A program made the position numbers and the translations under genes. Shown here piece by piece: positions 1 through 9,128 of a DNA stretch of 64,000 bases; within the stretch, counting starts at the first letter, position 1; each line of letters begins with the position of its first letter. The notes beneath the pieces were generated by a model. It made no database searches. It was not told the DNA's origin and saw nothing but the letters and a program-made list of their open reading frames with translations. The DNA is from Spirochaetia bacterium. GTDB lineage: Bacteria; Spirochaetota; Spirochaetia; SZUA-6; Bin103. Location: positions 3,232,001 to 3,296,000 of the forward strand of contig CBDBDQ010000005.1 in assembly GCA_965203905.1 (NCBI GenBank), given 5' to 3'.

Positions 1-2
1 AC

Positions 3-1160
3 TGCGGTGGCGAGCTGGAGACTCCCCCCGAGTGCTCGATCCTGCTTCCCAAGGCCCATTTCAAGCATCCCGAGGTCCAGGAAATCGCCGGCACCCTGTT
101 CGAAACCGACATCCGCAAGCCGTCGGTTACCAAGCACATCCATGAGCTGCGGGAGGAGCTGAAGAAGGGCCTCCACGAGTTCATCGAGCGGTTCTCCCTG
201 GACGTGCTGATCGCCGAGAACACGCTGTCGATTCCGCTCAACATTCCGCTTGGCCTGGCCATCACCGAGGTGATCGCCGAGACCCGCATCGCCACCATCG
301 CCCATCACCACGACTTCACCTGGGAACGCAAGCGGTTCATGGTCAGTTCCGTGTCCGACTACCTGCGCAACGCCTTCCCGCCGCGATTGCACTCGGTGGT
401 GCACGTGGTGATCAACAGCACGGCGCGCAACCAGTTGGCGCTGCGCTCGGGGGCCAACGCCTACCTGATTCCCAACGTGATGGATTTCGACAACCCGCCG
501 GCGGGCATCGACGGCTACAACGCCGACGTGCGGGAAGCACTGGGGCTGGCCGCGGACGATACCTTCGTGCTGCAACCGACGCGGGTGGTGCAGCGCAAGG
601 GCATCGAGCATGCCATCGAACTGGTAAAGCACCTGGGCCAGGACGGGAAGATGATCCTGGTGATTTCGCACGCCTCGGGCGACGAGGGCTTCGAGTACCA
701 GGAGCGGGTCAGAAACTACGCCAAGCTGCTGGGGATCCGCTCCCTGTTCGTGGACGAATTGATAGACCACCGCCGCGGGACCACGGCGGACGGCCGCAAG
801 GTGTACTGCCTGGACGATGTCTACCCGCACGCCGACCTGGTGACCTACCCCTCCCTGTTCGAGGGCTTCGGCAATGCGTTCCTGGAAGCGGTCTACCACC
901 GCAAGCCGATCTTCGTGAACAATTATTCGATCTACGCCAGCGACATCCGCCCCAAGGGATTCCGCACCATCCTCATGGACGAGTTCATCTCCGACCGCGT
1001 GCTGGGGGAGGCGAAGCGGTTCCTGGGGGATGCCGACTACCGGCAGTGGGCGGTGGACTACAACTACACCGTGGCGCGCAAGCACTACTCCTACCGCGTG
1101 CTGGAGTCCAGCCTGAGCCACATCCTGATGAGCTTTTTCGGGCTGGACGATCCCGACTGA
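3..1160 (+). CDS. Glycosyltransferase family 4 (mannosylglucosylglycerate synthase-like), 5' end outside window
   Basis: Frame open from the window edge (CGGELETPPE...AHFKHPE). Motifs HHHDFTWER, LQPTRVVQRKGIEHAI and YPSLFEGFGNAFLEA (GT4 E-x7-E). Confidence 0.85.
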   Translation, partial: CGGELETPPECSILLPKAHFKHPEVQEIAGTLFETDIRKPSVTKHIHELREELKKGLHEFIERFSLDVLIAENTLSIPLNIPLGLAITEVIAETRIATIAHHHDFTWERKRFMVSSVSDYLRNAFPPRLHSVVHVVINSTARNQLALRSGANAYLIPNVMDFDNPPAGIDGYNADVREALGLAADDTFVLQPTRVVQRKGIEHAIELVKHLGQDGKMILVISHASGDEGFEYQERVRNYAKLLGIRSLFVDELIDHRRGTTADGRKVYCLDDVYPHADLVTYPSLFEGFGNAFLEAVYHRKPIFVNNYSIYASDIRPKGFRTILMDEFISDRVLGEAKRFLGDADYRQWAVDYNYTVARKHYSYRVLESSLSHILMSFFGLDDPD

Positions 1161-1238
1161 ACCGGCCGCGGGCGCCGCAGATTCCGGATACCGAGTTGGC
1201 CGGCCTCACCGCCGTGACCTGGTGTATGCTGCGGCGGC

Positions 1239-2417
1239 ATGAAGATCACCGCGATCAAGAGCTTTCCGGTGTGGGCCGGACACCGCAACCTGTTCGTCCT
1301 CAAGATCGAGAGTGACGACGGCTCCTACGGCTACGGCGAGGCCGGCCTGTCGGGCCGCGAGCTGGCCGTGCAGGGGGCGGTCGACCACTTCCGCCGTTTC
1401 CTCATCGGCCAGGATCCGCGCCGCATAGGCGCCTTGTGGCAGCTCATCTACCGCAGCCAGTACTTCGAGGGCGGCCGGGTCCTCACGGCGGCGCTGTCGG
1501 CGATCGACATCGCCCTGCACGACCTGGTGGCGCGCAGCCTCGGGGTGCCGGTGTACCAGCTCCTGGGAGGCAAGCAGCGCGACCGGGTGCCCTGCTTCGT
1601 GACCGCCAGTTCGCGTCCCGGGCCGGGCATCATCGAAGAGGTCGAGGGCCTCATCGGCGCCGGCTGGAACTGCATCCGGACGGGCTGGGGGTATCCCGCC
1701 GTGGACAACCCCATCGAGGGCGCCGACAGCGACGGCACGGTGTACGAGCCGCGCGCATCGATCGGCACCACCGCCGAGTGGCTGGTCAAGCTGCGCGAAG
1801 CGGTGGGGCGGCGCGCGGCGCTGGGCATCGACTACCACCACCGGCTGTCGGTGGGGGAGGCGGCGTCGTTCTGCCAGGCGATGCCCACCGGCACGCTGGA
1901 CTTCCTGGAGGAGCCGATCCGCGACGAAAGCCCGGAAGCCTATCAGGCGTTGCAGCGCATGACGCCGGTGCCGCTGGCGATCGGCGAGGAATTCGCCAGC
2001 AAGTGGCAGTTCCTGCCCTACGTGGAGCGCGGCATACCAGCCTACGCGCGGCTCGACATCTGCAACGTCGGCGGCTTTACCGAGGCGATGAAGGTGGTGG
2101 GCTGGTGCGAGGCGCACTACATCGACCTGATGCCGCACAACCCCCTGGGACCGGTCAGCACCGCCGCCAACATCCACCTCGCGGCGGCCACGCCGCTGTA
2201 CGCCTGGCTGGAGGAACGCTCGCCGGAGCGCGGCTTCCACTTCGACCCGGAGCTGTTTCCGGTGCAGCCGATGCTAGAGGGCGTGTTTCACCGGGTGCCG
2301 GACACGCCCGGCCTCGGGGTGGAGTTCAACGAGGACGCGCCCGCGGTGCAGAAGGCGTTCGAGTTCTGGGAGAACCCGCACCTGCGCCGGCGCGACGGCT
2401 CGCACACCAACTGGTGA
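1239..2417 (+). CDS. Mandelate racemase/muconate lactonizing enzyme family acid-sugar dehydratase (DgoD/RspA-like)
   Basis: MKITAIKSF start, SAIDIALHDL, DYHHR, FLEEP, AIGEE, PHNPLGP, PGLGVEFNE enolase-superfamily motifs. Confidence 0.9.
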   Translation: MKITAIKSFPVWAGHRNLFVLKIESDDGSYGYGEAGLSGRELAVQGAVDHFRRFLIGQDPRRIGALWQLIYRSQYFEGGRVLTAALSAIDIALHDLVARSLGVPVYQLLGGKQRDRVPCFVTASSRPGPGIIEEVEGLIGAGWNCIRTGWGYPAVDNPIEGADSDGTVYEPRASIGTTAEWLVKLREAVGRRAALGIDYHHRLSVGEAASFCQAMPTGTLDFLEEPIRDESPEAYQALQRMTPVPLAIGEEFASKWQFLPYVERGIPAYARLDICNVGGFTEAMKVVGWCEAHYIDLMPHNPLGPVSTAANIHLAAATPLYAWLEERSPERGFHFDPELFPVQPMLEGVFHRVPDTPGLGVEFNEDAPAVQKAFEFWENPHLRRRDGSHTNW

Positions 2418-2437
2418 CGCCGGAGGCGCGGCGGGCC

Positions 2438-2497
2438 ATGTCCCGCTACGGCGAGCGGGCCGTCGCGCCGACACCGGTGAACCGCATGATGGCGACG
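2438..2497 (+). pseudogene. 5' remnant of a PLP-dependent aminotransferase gene
   Basis: GGAGG RBS, then ATG MSRYGERAVAPTPVNRMMA, resembling the N-terminus of a class I/II aminotransferase family. Similarity stops at the ABC cassette, and a matching C-terminal remnant lies at 6012-6338. Confidence 0.55.
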
Positions 2498-2553
2498 TGG
2501 CGGCCGACTGCCGCACCGGATTGGCTGTGCATGCAGGGTACCCGAGGTTCGTC

Positions 2554-3444
2554 CTACCCCTTTATTCCGGTCATGGTAATTCCCTGTACAAAGAACCGCT
2601 GTCCAACAATAAACAGCGCCACAATCGGTATGATACTCACCACACTCCCCGCCATCAGCAGGTCCCAGCGAAATATCTCCCCACCACCGAACTCCGCAAA
2701 ATACCCCGTCAAACCTACGGTCAGCGTCATCTTCTCGCGACTGCCCAGGTAAATCACGGGCCTGATAAGCTCCTCCCACCGCCACATGAAGGTGAGCACC
2801 GCCAGCGTGGCCAGTGCAGGTTTCGCCAATGGCAGGAATATCCGCCCGAAAATCGTGAAGGGACCGGCCCCGTCCATCGCCGCGGCATCCTCCAGTTCCT
2901 GCGGGACCGTAAGGAAGAATTGACGAAGCAGAAACGTCCCGAACGGATTCCCGAAGAAGTCGGGCAGGTACAGCGGAATATGGGTATTTATCACTCCCAG
3001 CGCTCTCATTACGAAGAATATCGGGATCAGCGTGACCTCCCCGGGCAACATCAACGTAGACAGCAGCAGAGCGAATATGAGATTCCTCCCCGGAAAGCTC
3101 AGCCTGGCGAACGCGAATGCCGCCAGCGCACTGCTCAAAACCACACCTGCCGTGGACAGCAGACTCACCTTGAAACTATTGAAGACGAAGCGGCCGAACG
3201 GCATGACGACGAATATATCCGTGTAGTTGCTCCACCTCCGGACGCGGGGAAACCACTTGGGCGGGAAGCTGAATATCTCGGCAACACTCTTCAGGGACGC
3301 GGACAGCATCCACAGGAAAGGCAGCAGAAAGGCCAGTCCGACCAATATCAACAGCACGTAGAAGAACAGATTGACGGCCGCCCTTCCCGCCAACTGGTTG
3401 CGGCGGTTCAACGCAAGCGACGACATGAGATTATCGCGCATCAT
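2554..3444 (-). CDS. Carbohydrate ABC transporter permease (MalG-like)
   Basis: Hydrophobic helices and EAA loop ELEDAAAMDGA. Confidence 0.92.
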   Translation of the reverse strand: MMRDNLMSSLALNRRNQLAGRAAVNLFFYVLLILVGLAFLLPFLWMLSASLKSVAEIFSFPPKWFPRVRRWSNYTDIFVVMPFGRFVFNSFKVSLLSTAGVVLSSALAAFAFARLSFPGRNLIFALLLSTLMLPGEVTLIPIFFVMRALGVINTHIPLYLPDFFGNPFGTFLLRQFFLTVPQELEDAAAMDGAGPFTIFGRIFLPLAKPALATLAVLTFMWRWEELIRPVIYLGSREKMTLTVGLTGYFAEFGGGEIFRWDLLMAGSVVSIIPIVALFIVGQRFFVQGITMTGIKG

Positions 3445-3454
3445 CCTTCGGCAC

Positions 3455-4363
3455 CTAATAGTGCACCCAACTCTTTCTCAGTCGAAACTGAATCAGAGTG
3501 AAGAACATCACGATGACGAACAGCACTAGACCGACCGCCGAGGCGTACCCCATGCGGAAGTCTTCGAAGGCGCTCACGAAGACGAAGTAGCCCAATGTCG
3601 TCGTCGACCATCGCGGCCCACCTTCCGTCATGACGTATATCTGCGAAAACACCTGAAGTGAATTGATCGTGCTCACCACGGCGACAAAGAACGTCGTGGG
3701 GGACACCAACGGAAGCGTAACGTGCAGGAACCTCCTCCATGGGCCAGATCCATCGATCGTTGCCGAATCATACAAATCCCTGGGAATGTCTTGCAAACCG
3801 GCGAGGAATATCATCATTCCGACGCCCAGACTCTTCCATACGCTCATGATCGCCACCGCAGCCATGGCCCACGCGGGGTCGGTCAACCAACCTGGGCCGG
3901 ATACGCCTAACAGGGTCTTCAGGACGTAATTGATCAATCCGAACTCCTTACCGTACATCATCGTCCACAGTAGAGAAATCGCCACTACTGAAGAGACCAC
4001 GGGAAGAAAGTAGACGGTTCGGAATGCCACAATGCCTTTCAGATCTCGATTCACCAACATTGCAAGGAGCAGCGAGAGTATCGTGTGAGCCGGTACGTAG
4101 AGTATGGCGAAGTAGATGGTGTTCCACACCGCCTTGGGAAACAGCGGACTCGCGAACAACCTCTGGAAATTATCGAGTCCGTTCCATCTGGGAGGAGAGA
4201 GGACATCATACTCCAAAAAGGAGAAGAAAACGGCCGCCACCATCGCCCCCAAGCTGAAGAAGATCAGGTAGAAAATGGTGGGGAGGACAAACAGATATGC
4301 TACACGGGCGTTCTTGATGTTCCTCCTGGCAACCGCCTTCGAGGTGGTAGTCGATTCTGCCAC
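3455..4363 (-). CDS. Carbohydrate ABC transporter permease (MalF/UgpA-like)
   Basis: GLDNF, FLAGLQDIPRDLYDSATIDG, MTEGGP, MGYASA motifs. Confidence 0.92.
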   Translation of the reverse strand: MAESTTTSKAVARRNIKNARVAYLFVLPTIFYLIFFSLGAMVAAVFFSFLEYDVLSPPRWNGLDNFQRLFASPLFPKAVWNTIYFAILYVPAHTILSLLLAMLVNRDLKGIVAFRTVYFLPVVSSVVAISLLWTMMYGKEFGLINYVLKTLLGVSGPGWLTDPAWAMAAVAIMSVWKSLGVGMMIFLAGLQDIPRDLYDSATIDGSGPWRRFLHVTLPLVSPTTFFVAVVSTINSLQVFSQIYVMTEGGPRWSTTTLGYFVFVSAFEDFRMGYASAVGLVLFVIVMFFTLIQFRLRKSWVHY

Positions 4364-4437
4364 GTGGGTCTCCCGTGCTCTGTTCGCGTGCGCCGATGCT
4401 CGGATTCAGGTACGCATGTGCATCGCAAGGAAAATGA

Positions 4438-4469
4438 GCACCCCGGCGGGAATATTCCCACCGGGGTGC
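4438..4469 (-). terminator. Intergenic stem-loop after the binding-protein gene (partial terminator or mRNA stabiliser)
   Basis: Near-perfect inverted repeat GCACCCCGG-C-GGGAAT/ATTCCC-A-CCGGGGTGC, followed on the minus strand by TCATTTT. Confidence 0.65.
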
Positions 4470-4503
4470 ATGTTCTCTCGACGCCGGGAACGAAGAATGA
4501 GGT

Positions 4504-5811
4504 CTATCTCGAGAGCGCTTCGTTGATCGTGGCGGTGGCCTCCGCTGCCGCCTCCGCCACGGTCACGTGTCCGCCTCTATACGAGCTCATCATATCGTTT
4601 ACGGCCCGTCTGATTTCCGGCAGCGTCCGTAGACCCACATCCCAATAGGGCGCACGCCTCCCATAGACTTCGACGGTCTCCTGAACGACCCCGATATTGT
4701 GGGGCGTCATGCCCTCCTGGTCTGCAGTCCACACGTCAGCAAGGGCTCTGTTTCCGGTGAAATTGCCGCCCAGTATGAGGTTGTCCACGCTCAGATTGTT
4801 GTAGTACCACTTGAAGAATGCCCAAGCCTCTTCAGGGTGCTCGGTATTCGCCGATATCGAATGAGCAGGGTCGCCGAACAGGGCTATCTTTCGTCCCTCC
4901 GGTCCCTCCGGAAGCAACGCAATGTCCCAGCGGAAATCCTCTATTTCCCTGAACCGCTGGATATTGTACGCCGAATTCGGCCGCATGGCGACTTTTCCCG
5001 TGAAGAACAGTTCGCCCAGCCCGTCGGCCATCTCCGGCGTTGGCGCGACGCCATGCTTGTGGATCAGGTCAGCATCGTACTGCAGACCGGCCAATGACCC
5101 CGGAGAGAGGAGATTCGATTCGGAAAGATCCTCGTTGAGGACGGTCCCTCCGAAGGATGGTATGAGACTATGAATCCAATAGCCGCCCCCCGGCACGATT
5201 CCCCACTGATCGGGGGTTCCATCGCCGTCTTCATCAACCGTCAGCTCCTTGGCGACCTCCAGCAGCTTGTCATAGTCCCACGTGGAGTCCGGGTAGGGTA
5301 TTCCTGCGTCGTCAAAGATGTCCTTGTTGTACATGAGGACACCCGTTCCGACCATGGAGTAGATGCCATAGAAGCCGTCCGCCCCTGCCACGTATCCGCG
5401 ATTCCAGCTTTCCTCGAAGAAGTCGTCCTTGTCGACGTCTCCTCTTTCGAGAAAGGGCGTCAGATCGAGTAGGTGTCCATTGGCGACGAATGCGCCCTTG
5501 TAGTCGGCCGCCATCTCCATTATGTCCGGCTCGTCACCAGACGCAAACAGTGTCTGCAGCTTTTGCCAATACGTCGACCAGGGAAACATCTCGTATTCGA
5601 TCTCGATTCCGGGATGCGCCTCGTTGAAGGGTCCTACGATGTGATTCTCGTAGGTGTCTACCGACTGACTGATCCACGACGTCATTTCCAGAGTAACTGG
5701 TCCCGCCGCCGCTTCGGTCTCACCGGAGGCAAAGCCAAGAACAGCTAGACTCATCAGTGCCGCAAGACACACGGGAAAGATCAGCCTTTTCAGTTTCCTC
5801 GTATTTTTCAT
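4504..5811 (-). CDS. Sugar ABC transporter substrate-binding protein
   Basis: ATG at 5811 with GGAG RBS. Signal peptide MKNTRKLKRLIFPVCLAALMSLAVLGFASGETE, plus YNKDIFDDAG and FFTGKVAM SBP motifs. Confidence 0.9.
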   Translation of the reverse strand: MKNTRKLKRLIFPVCLAALMSLAVLGFASGETEAAAGPVTLEMTSWISQSVDTYENHIVGPFNEAHPGIEIEYEMFPWSTYWQKLQTLFASGDEPDIMEMAADYKGAFVANGHLLDLTPFLERGDVDKDDFFEESWNRGYVAGADGFYGIYSMVGTGVLMYNKDIFDDAGIPYPDSTWDYDKLLEVAKELTVDEDGDGTPDQWGIVPGGGYWIHSLIPSFGGTVLNEDLSESNLLSPGSLAGLQYDADLIHKHGVAPTPEMADGLGELFFTGKVAMRPNSAYNIQRFREIEDFRWDIALLPEGPEGRKIALFGDPAHSISANTEHPEEAWAFFKWYYNNLSVDNLILGGNFTGNRALADVWTADQEGMTPHNIGVVQETVEVYGRRAPYWDVGLRTLPEIRRAVNDMMSSYRGGHVTVAEAAAEATATINEALSR

Positions 5812-5946
5812 ACTGTCTCCTTGTAGCGAGCGTTCCTGATTGCCGGAATCCTCCGATTCTGGTAATCCGTGCACGTCAACAAAGTAACCCCCTCTGAGCA
5901 CAGTTTTGGATCAGCCAGATCAGGAATTCGGCAACACTGCGATGGT

Positions 5947-5975
5947 AGAGTACCCGGGGGGGGGGGGGAGGTCAA
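5947..5975 (-). promoter_or_regulatory. Sigma70-type promoter of the ABC operon with a poly-C spacer
   Basis: Minus strand reads TTGACC (5975-5970), 17-bp spacer T-C13-GGG, TACTCT (5952-5947). Confidence 0.65.
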
Positions 5976-6011
5976 GGGGCCGCCGCTCGGCTGCAGCCGC
6001 CACCGCGCCGG

Positions 6012-6338
6012 GTGACGCGCGTCAACGCGGGCTACCGCGAGCAGGCGCGTGCCGGAATGTATTACCTGACCCTGCGCCGGACCCTGACCTGCGAGGAATC
6101 ACCCTTCTTCCGCTACCTCACCGCCACCACCGGCGACCCGCGGGTGGGCGGGGCCGCCGGCGAGCGGCCGCGGGTGCGCTACCTGCCCGGCGAGCACTGC
6201 GCGCACCCGGCTGGAGCGCTGGTCGCCGCGGACACCCGTCAACTCCGCATCTCCTACGGTTTCAAGGAGCAGCCCCGCATCGACGCCGCCCTGCAGGTCA
6301 TGCGCGAAGCAATCCGCTACGCCGCCGCGGACGGATAG
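6012..6338 (+). pseudogene. 3' remnant of a PLP-dependent aminotransferase gene
   Basis: [51 protein letters not shown] resembles a class I/II aminotransferase C-terminal domain. No N-terminal part is in place. Confidence 0.6.
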
Positions 6339-6472
6339 GGACACGACGGCAGTCGGGCGGCGGGGTCCCGCAGAGCCCACCAAATCTGCCCAACTAGTCC
6401 GTAAACCACGTCCAGCAGGCGAACCAGATGCATCGGTTTCATGGTCTCGGCGCCACGGAGTGGCTCTGCGTA

Positions 6473-6706
6473 CTATTCTGACAGCGCCAATTCGCGTACA
6501 TGAGCGAGGTCCTGCCTACAAACAGGGCGAAGCTGCGACGGCAGCACGGTGGCCACGGCCACGTTGACTCCGGTAAGCGTGACGATCTCCACTTCGTAGG
6601 CTGTCCCGTTCCCATGGACATGAACTGAAGTGCCTACGTCGCCAGCCTTTAGGCCCTCGTTCGGGATATCCTCTGTCAAGACGACAACGTCGTGCTCTTT
6701 GATCAT
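6473..6706 (-). CDS. DUF4926 family small protein
   Basis: MIKEHDVVVLTEDIPNEGLKAGDVGTSVHVH...AYEVE, with GGAGG RBS. Confidence 0.8.
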   Translation of the reverse strand: MIKEHDVVVLTEDIPNEGLKAGDVGTSVHVHGNGTAYEVEIVTLTGVNVAVATVLPSQLRPVCRQDLAHVRELALSE

Positions 6707-6708
6707 GC

Positions 6709-6972
6709 TCAAGCCTCCAAAGGATGGGCCGTGATAAGACGAGGGACTATTTCGCCATCGTCGATCTGCCATATGGTGCGCACACGTGGCTGTCGGTTGT
6801 CTGGAACCCGTAGCACGCCATCCACTGCATAGCGTACACCAAACTCCGTTTCCCTTACGCTGGTTACTTCGTAGCGTTGTCCATGTTCCTTCAATGCAGC
6901 AGCCAAATCCTCCCATACCTCTTGCCGAAATCCAAATTCGACAAAGAACCGGGCTTTGCTTGCCCCGTACAG
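6709..6972 (-). pseudogene. DUF6883 family protein, N-terminus missing
   Basis: GASKARFF..FGF...EFGVRYAVDG...VRTIWQID...PRLITAHP. The usual N-terminal segment is replaced by the duplicated dehydratase 3' end. Confidence 0.65.
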
Positions 6973-6976
6973 ATGC

Positions 6977-7181
6977 GAGGAGACGCCGGAGGCGGGATTC
7001 CTGTTCGATCCCGAGCTGTTCCCGGTGCAGCCCGTGCTCAATGGCGTGACCCACCGCGTACCCGGTACCCCGGGGCTGGGCGTCGAGTTCAATGAGGACG
7101 CGCCGGCGGTGAAGAAGGCGTTCGAGTTCCGGGGGGAACCCACACCTGCGCCGCCGCGACGGCTCGCACAACAACTGGTGA
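6977..7181 (+). repeat. Diverged, frameshifted direct copy of the 3' ~200 bp of the dehydratase gene (2211-2417)
   Basis: Encodes FDPELFPVQPVLNGVTHRVPGTPGLGVEFNEDAPAVKKAFEF and ends cgcgacggctcgcacaacaactggtga, like 2392-2417. Confidence 0.85.
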
Positions 7182-7204
7182 AGCCGCCGGTACCCACGCA
7201 CCTC

Positions 7205-7233
7205 TTGCAACAAGACGTCTGGACGTCTATCTT
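7205..7233 (+). promoter_or_regulatory. Promoter of the MTase gene (probably leaderless) with two GACGTC sites in the spacer
   Basis: TTGCAA (7205-7210), 17 bp, TATCTT (7228-7233), GTG start at 7240. Palindrome AGACGTC-TG-GACGTCT at 7213-7228. Confidence 0.6.
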
Positions 7234-7239
7234 GTAAGC

Positions 7240-8388
7240 GTGAGTGAGCAGCCCGCCAGATACGCTCCCGGTCAGGTGCGCGACGCCATCCTGCAGGTGA
7301 TGCGGCTCACGTCCGACGGCTTGACGGCGAAACAGATCGCGGAGCGGGTGGCGCAGATCAACGGTCCCACCCCGGAGTCATCGGTACGGTCGTTCTTGCG
7401 GCTGAACACGCCGGAGCTGTTCCTCAAGGAGCGGCGGGGGGTCTACCGGCTGACAACCGACCGCGACCGCAGTCTGGAGCCGATGCTGCCGGGGATCCTG
7501 ACCTGGGAAGAAGCCTTTCACTTCGGCGATGCAACCCTGGTGCACGGCGACTGCTTCGATTGGCTTGCCGCCCGTCCTGACAACAGCATCCACGCGGTGG
7601 TTACCGACCCACCCTATGGCTTGCAGGAATACACTCCCACCGAGCAGAAGAAGCTGCGGAGCGGGCGCGGGGGAGTGTGGAGGATTCCTCCGTCGTTCGA
7701 CGGGCACACGCGCTCGCCGTTGCCAAGGTTCACCACGCTGAACGATCGGCAACGAGCATACCTGCGCGAGTTTTTTCTGACTTGGACGCGCCTGTTGATC
7801 CCGAAGTTGGTTCCCGGCGCCAACGTCATGGTAGCCTCCAACCCGCTCCTGTCGCATATCGTTGCGGCAGCGATGGCTGACGCTGGGCTTGAACGGCGCG
7901 GCGACATTGTCAGACTGGTCATGACCATGCGGGGTGGAGATCGTCCCAAGGGAGCCCACAAAGAGTTCGCAGATGTCAGCGTGCTTCCCCGCTCGATGTG
8001 GGAACCGTGGGTTCTGTTTCGTAAACCGGTCGAGGGGCGGGTACAGGATAACCTGCGCAAATGGCGCACGGGCGGATTCCGGCGGAAGTCCGATCAATCC
8101 CCATTCGGAGACGTGATAAAGTCGGCTCCGACGCGACGAGCGGAGAAGGAGATCGCTCCGCATCCCAACCTGAAGCCTCAGGCTCTGTTGCGGCAACTCG
8201 TGAGGAGCGCGCTTCCTCTTGGTGAGGGTGTCGTCGTCGATCCGTTCGCAGGATCCGGCTCTACGCTTGCTGCCGCGGAAGCAGTAGGATACGCGTCGGT
8301 CGGCATTGAGAAGGACCCGTATTACTTCCGGATGGCAGCCGACGCAATCCCCGCGTTGGCGCAGATCTCGGTCACGGAGACTGCGTAG
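7240..8388 (+). CDS. Beta-class N6-adenine/N4-cytosine DNA methyltransferase with an N-terminal winged-HTH
   Basis: HGDCFDWL, VVTDPPY (motif IV) ahead of HPNLKP and VDPFAGSGST (motif I). The N-terminal ~70 aa look HTH-like. Confidence 0.9.
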   Translation: MSEQPARYAPGQVRDAILQVMRLTSDGLTAKQIAERVAQINGPTPESSVRSFLRLNTPELFLKERRGVYRLTTDRDRSLEPMLPGILTWEEAFHFGDATLVHGDCFDWLAARPDNSIHAVVTDPPYGLQEYTPTEQKKLRSGRGGVWRIPPSFDGHTRSPLPRFTTLNDRQRAYLREFFLTWTRLLIPKLVPGANVMVASNPLLSHIVAAAMADAGLERRGDIVRLVMTMRGGDRPKGAHKEFADVSVLPRSMWEPWVLFRKPVEGRVQDNLRKWRTGGFRRKSDQSPFGDVIKSAPTRRAEKEIAPHPNLKPQALLRQLVRSALPLGEGVVVDPFAGSGSTLAAAEAVGYASVGIEKDPYYFRMAADAIPALAQISVTETA

Positions 8389-8392
8389 TCTA

Positions 8393-9006
8393 CTACAACC
8401 TGTAGAGCCAGCTCTTGCGCAGTTTGGCGACCCCGTGGCGGTCCAACGTCGCGGTTCTGGTGCCCAATTCGCCGCGCGGGTTGCGTCTGAAGTCCGCCGT
8501 CGTGACCTGCGCGAGGTAGACTTCGGTAAACGTCATTGGTACCGATCTCTTACCGGTTCCGTGTCGTTGTCTACGATGTACACGAACACGCACATCCACT
8601 GGTCTCGTGCGCCGTGCGTGTCGACTGCCCCGCCTTTCTTGCGTGTGGTCTTGATCTCCACGCCCTCCGTGCCCGCCTTGACGGAGTTATTCGGGTATAC
8701 GCCCTGAACGACCAGATCAGGATGACCGTTGAAATAGTCGTTCTCGGTCAGCACTCGAGAGTGTTTCGCCAGACTTGCCGTCAGCATGTCGGATAGCACA
8801 CCGGACATGATCGCCGGTCGCAGCATCTCGTCGAGCCGCTCCAGTCCTCGCGCCAGGAGATGCGAGTTGACGTCATGGAAGAAGTCGTACACGTCCTGCA
8901 TTGCCGACTCGAAATCGGTAATGCGAAGCTCGTAGGGAAGGTTACACGACTGATTGAAACTGTCCCGGTCCGCTACATTCCGTGTGAACTCAGGAATCAT
9001 CGACAT
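8393..9006 (-). pseudogene. Type II restriction endonuclease-like PD-(D/E)XK gene, frameshifted near 8540
   Basis: NGHPDL...GVEIK motif. ORFs 8533-9006 and 8393-8599 join into ~205 aa if one base is restored at ~8541. Convergent with the MTase. Confidence 0.7.
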
Positions 9007-9128
9007 ACGTATTCTCGATCAGTCAGACGTTCGACACCCAACAGCGCCGCGGCAGGCGTGGTAACTCGGCCCGCGCTTGCCGCAGCCTGCAGGAGGGGAC
9101 TTCAGGTCGGTGGTGCTCCGGTGTCCGG

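Noticed and set aside
6473-7213. 246-aa and 162-aa ORFs spanning the DUF4926/DUF6883 region
   Set aside because: They are chimeric frames running through the antisense of the duplicated dehydratase end.
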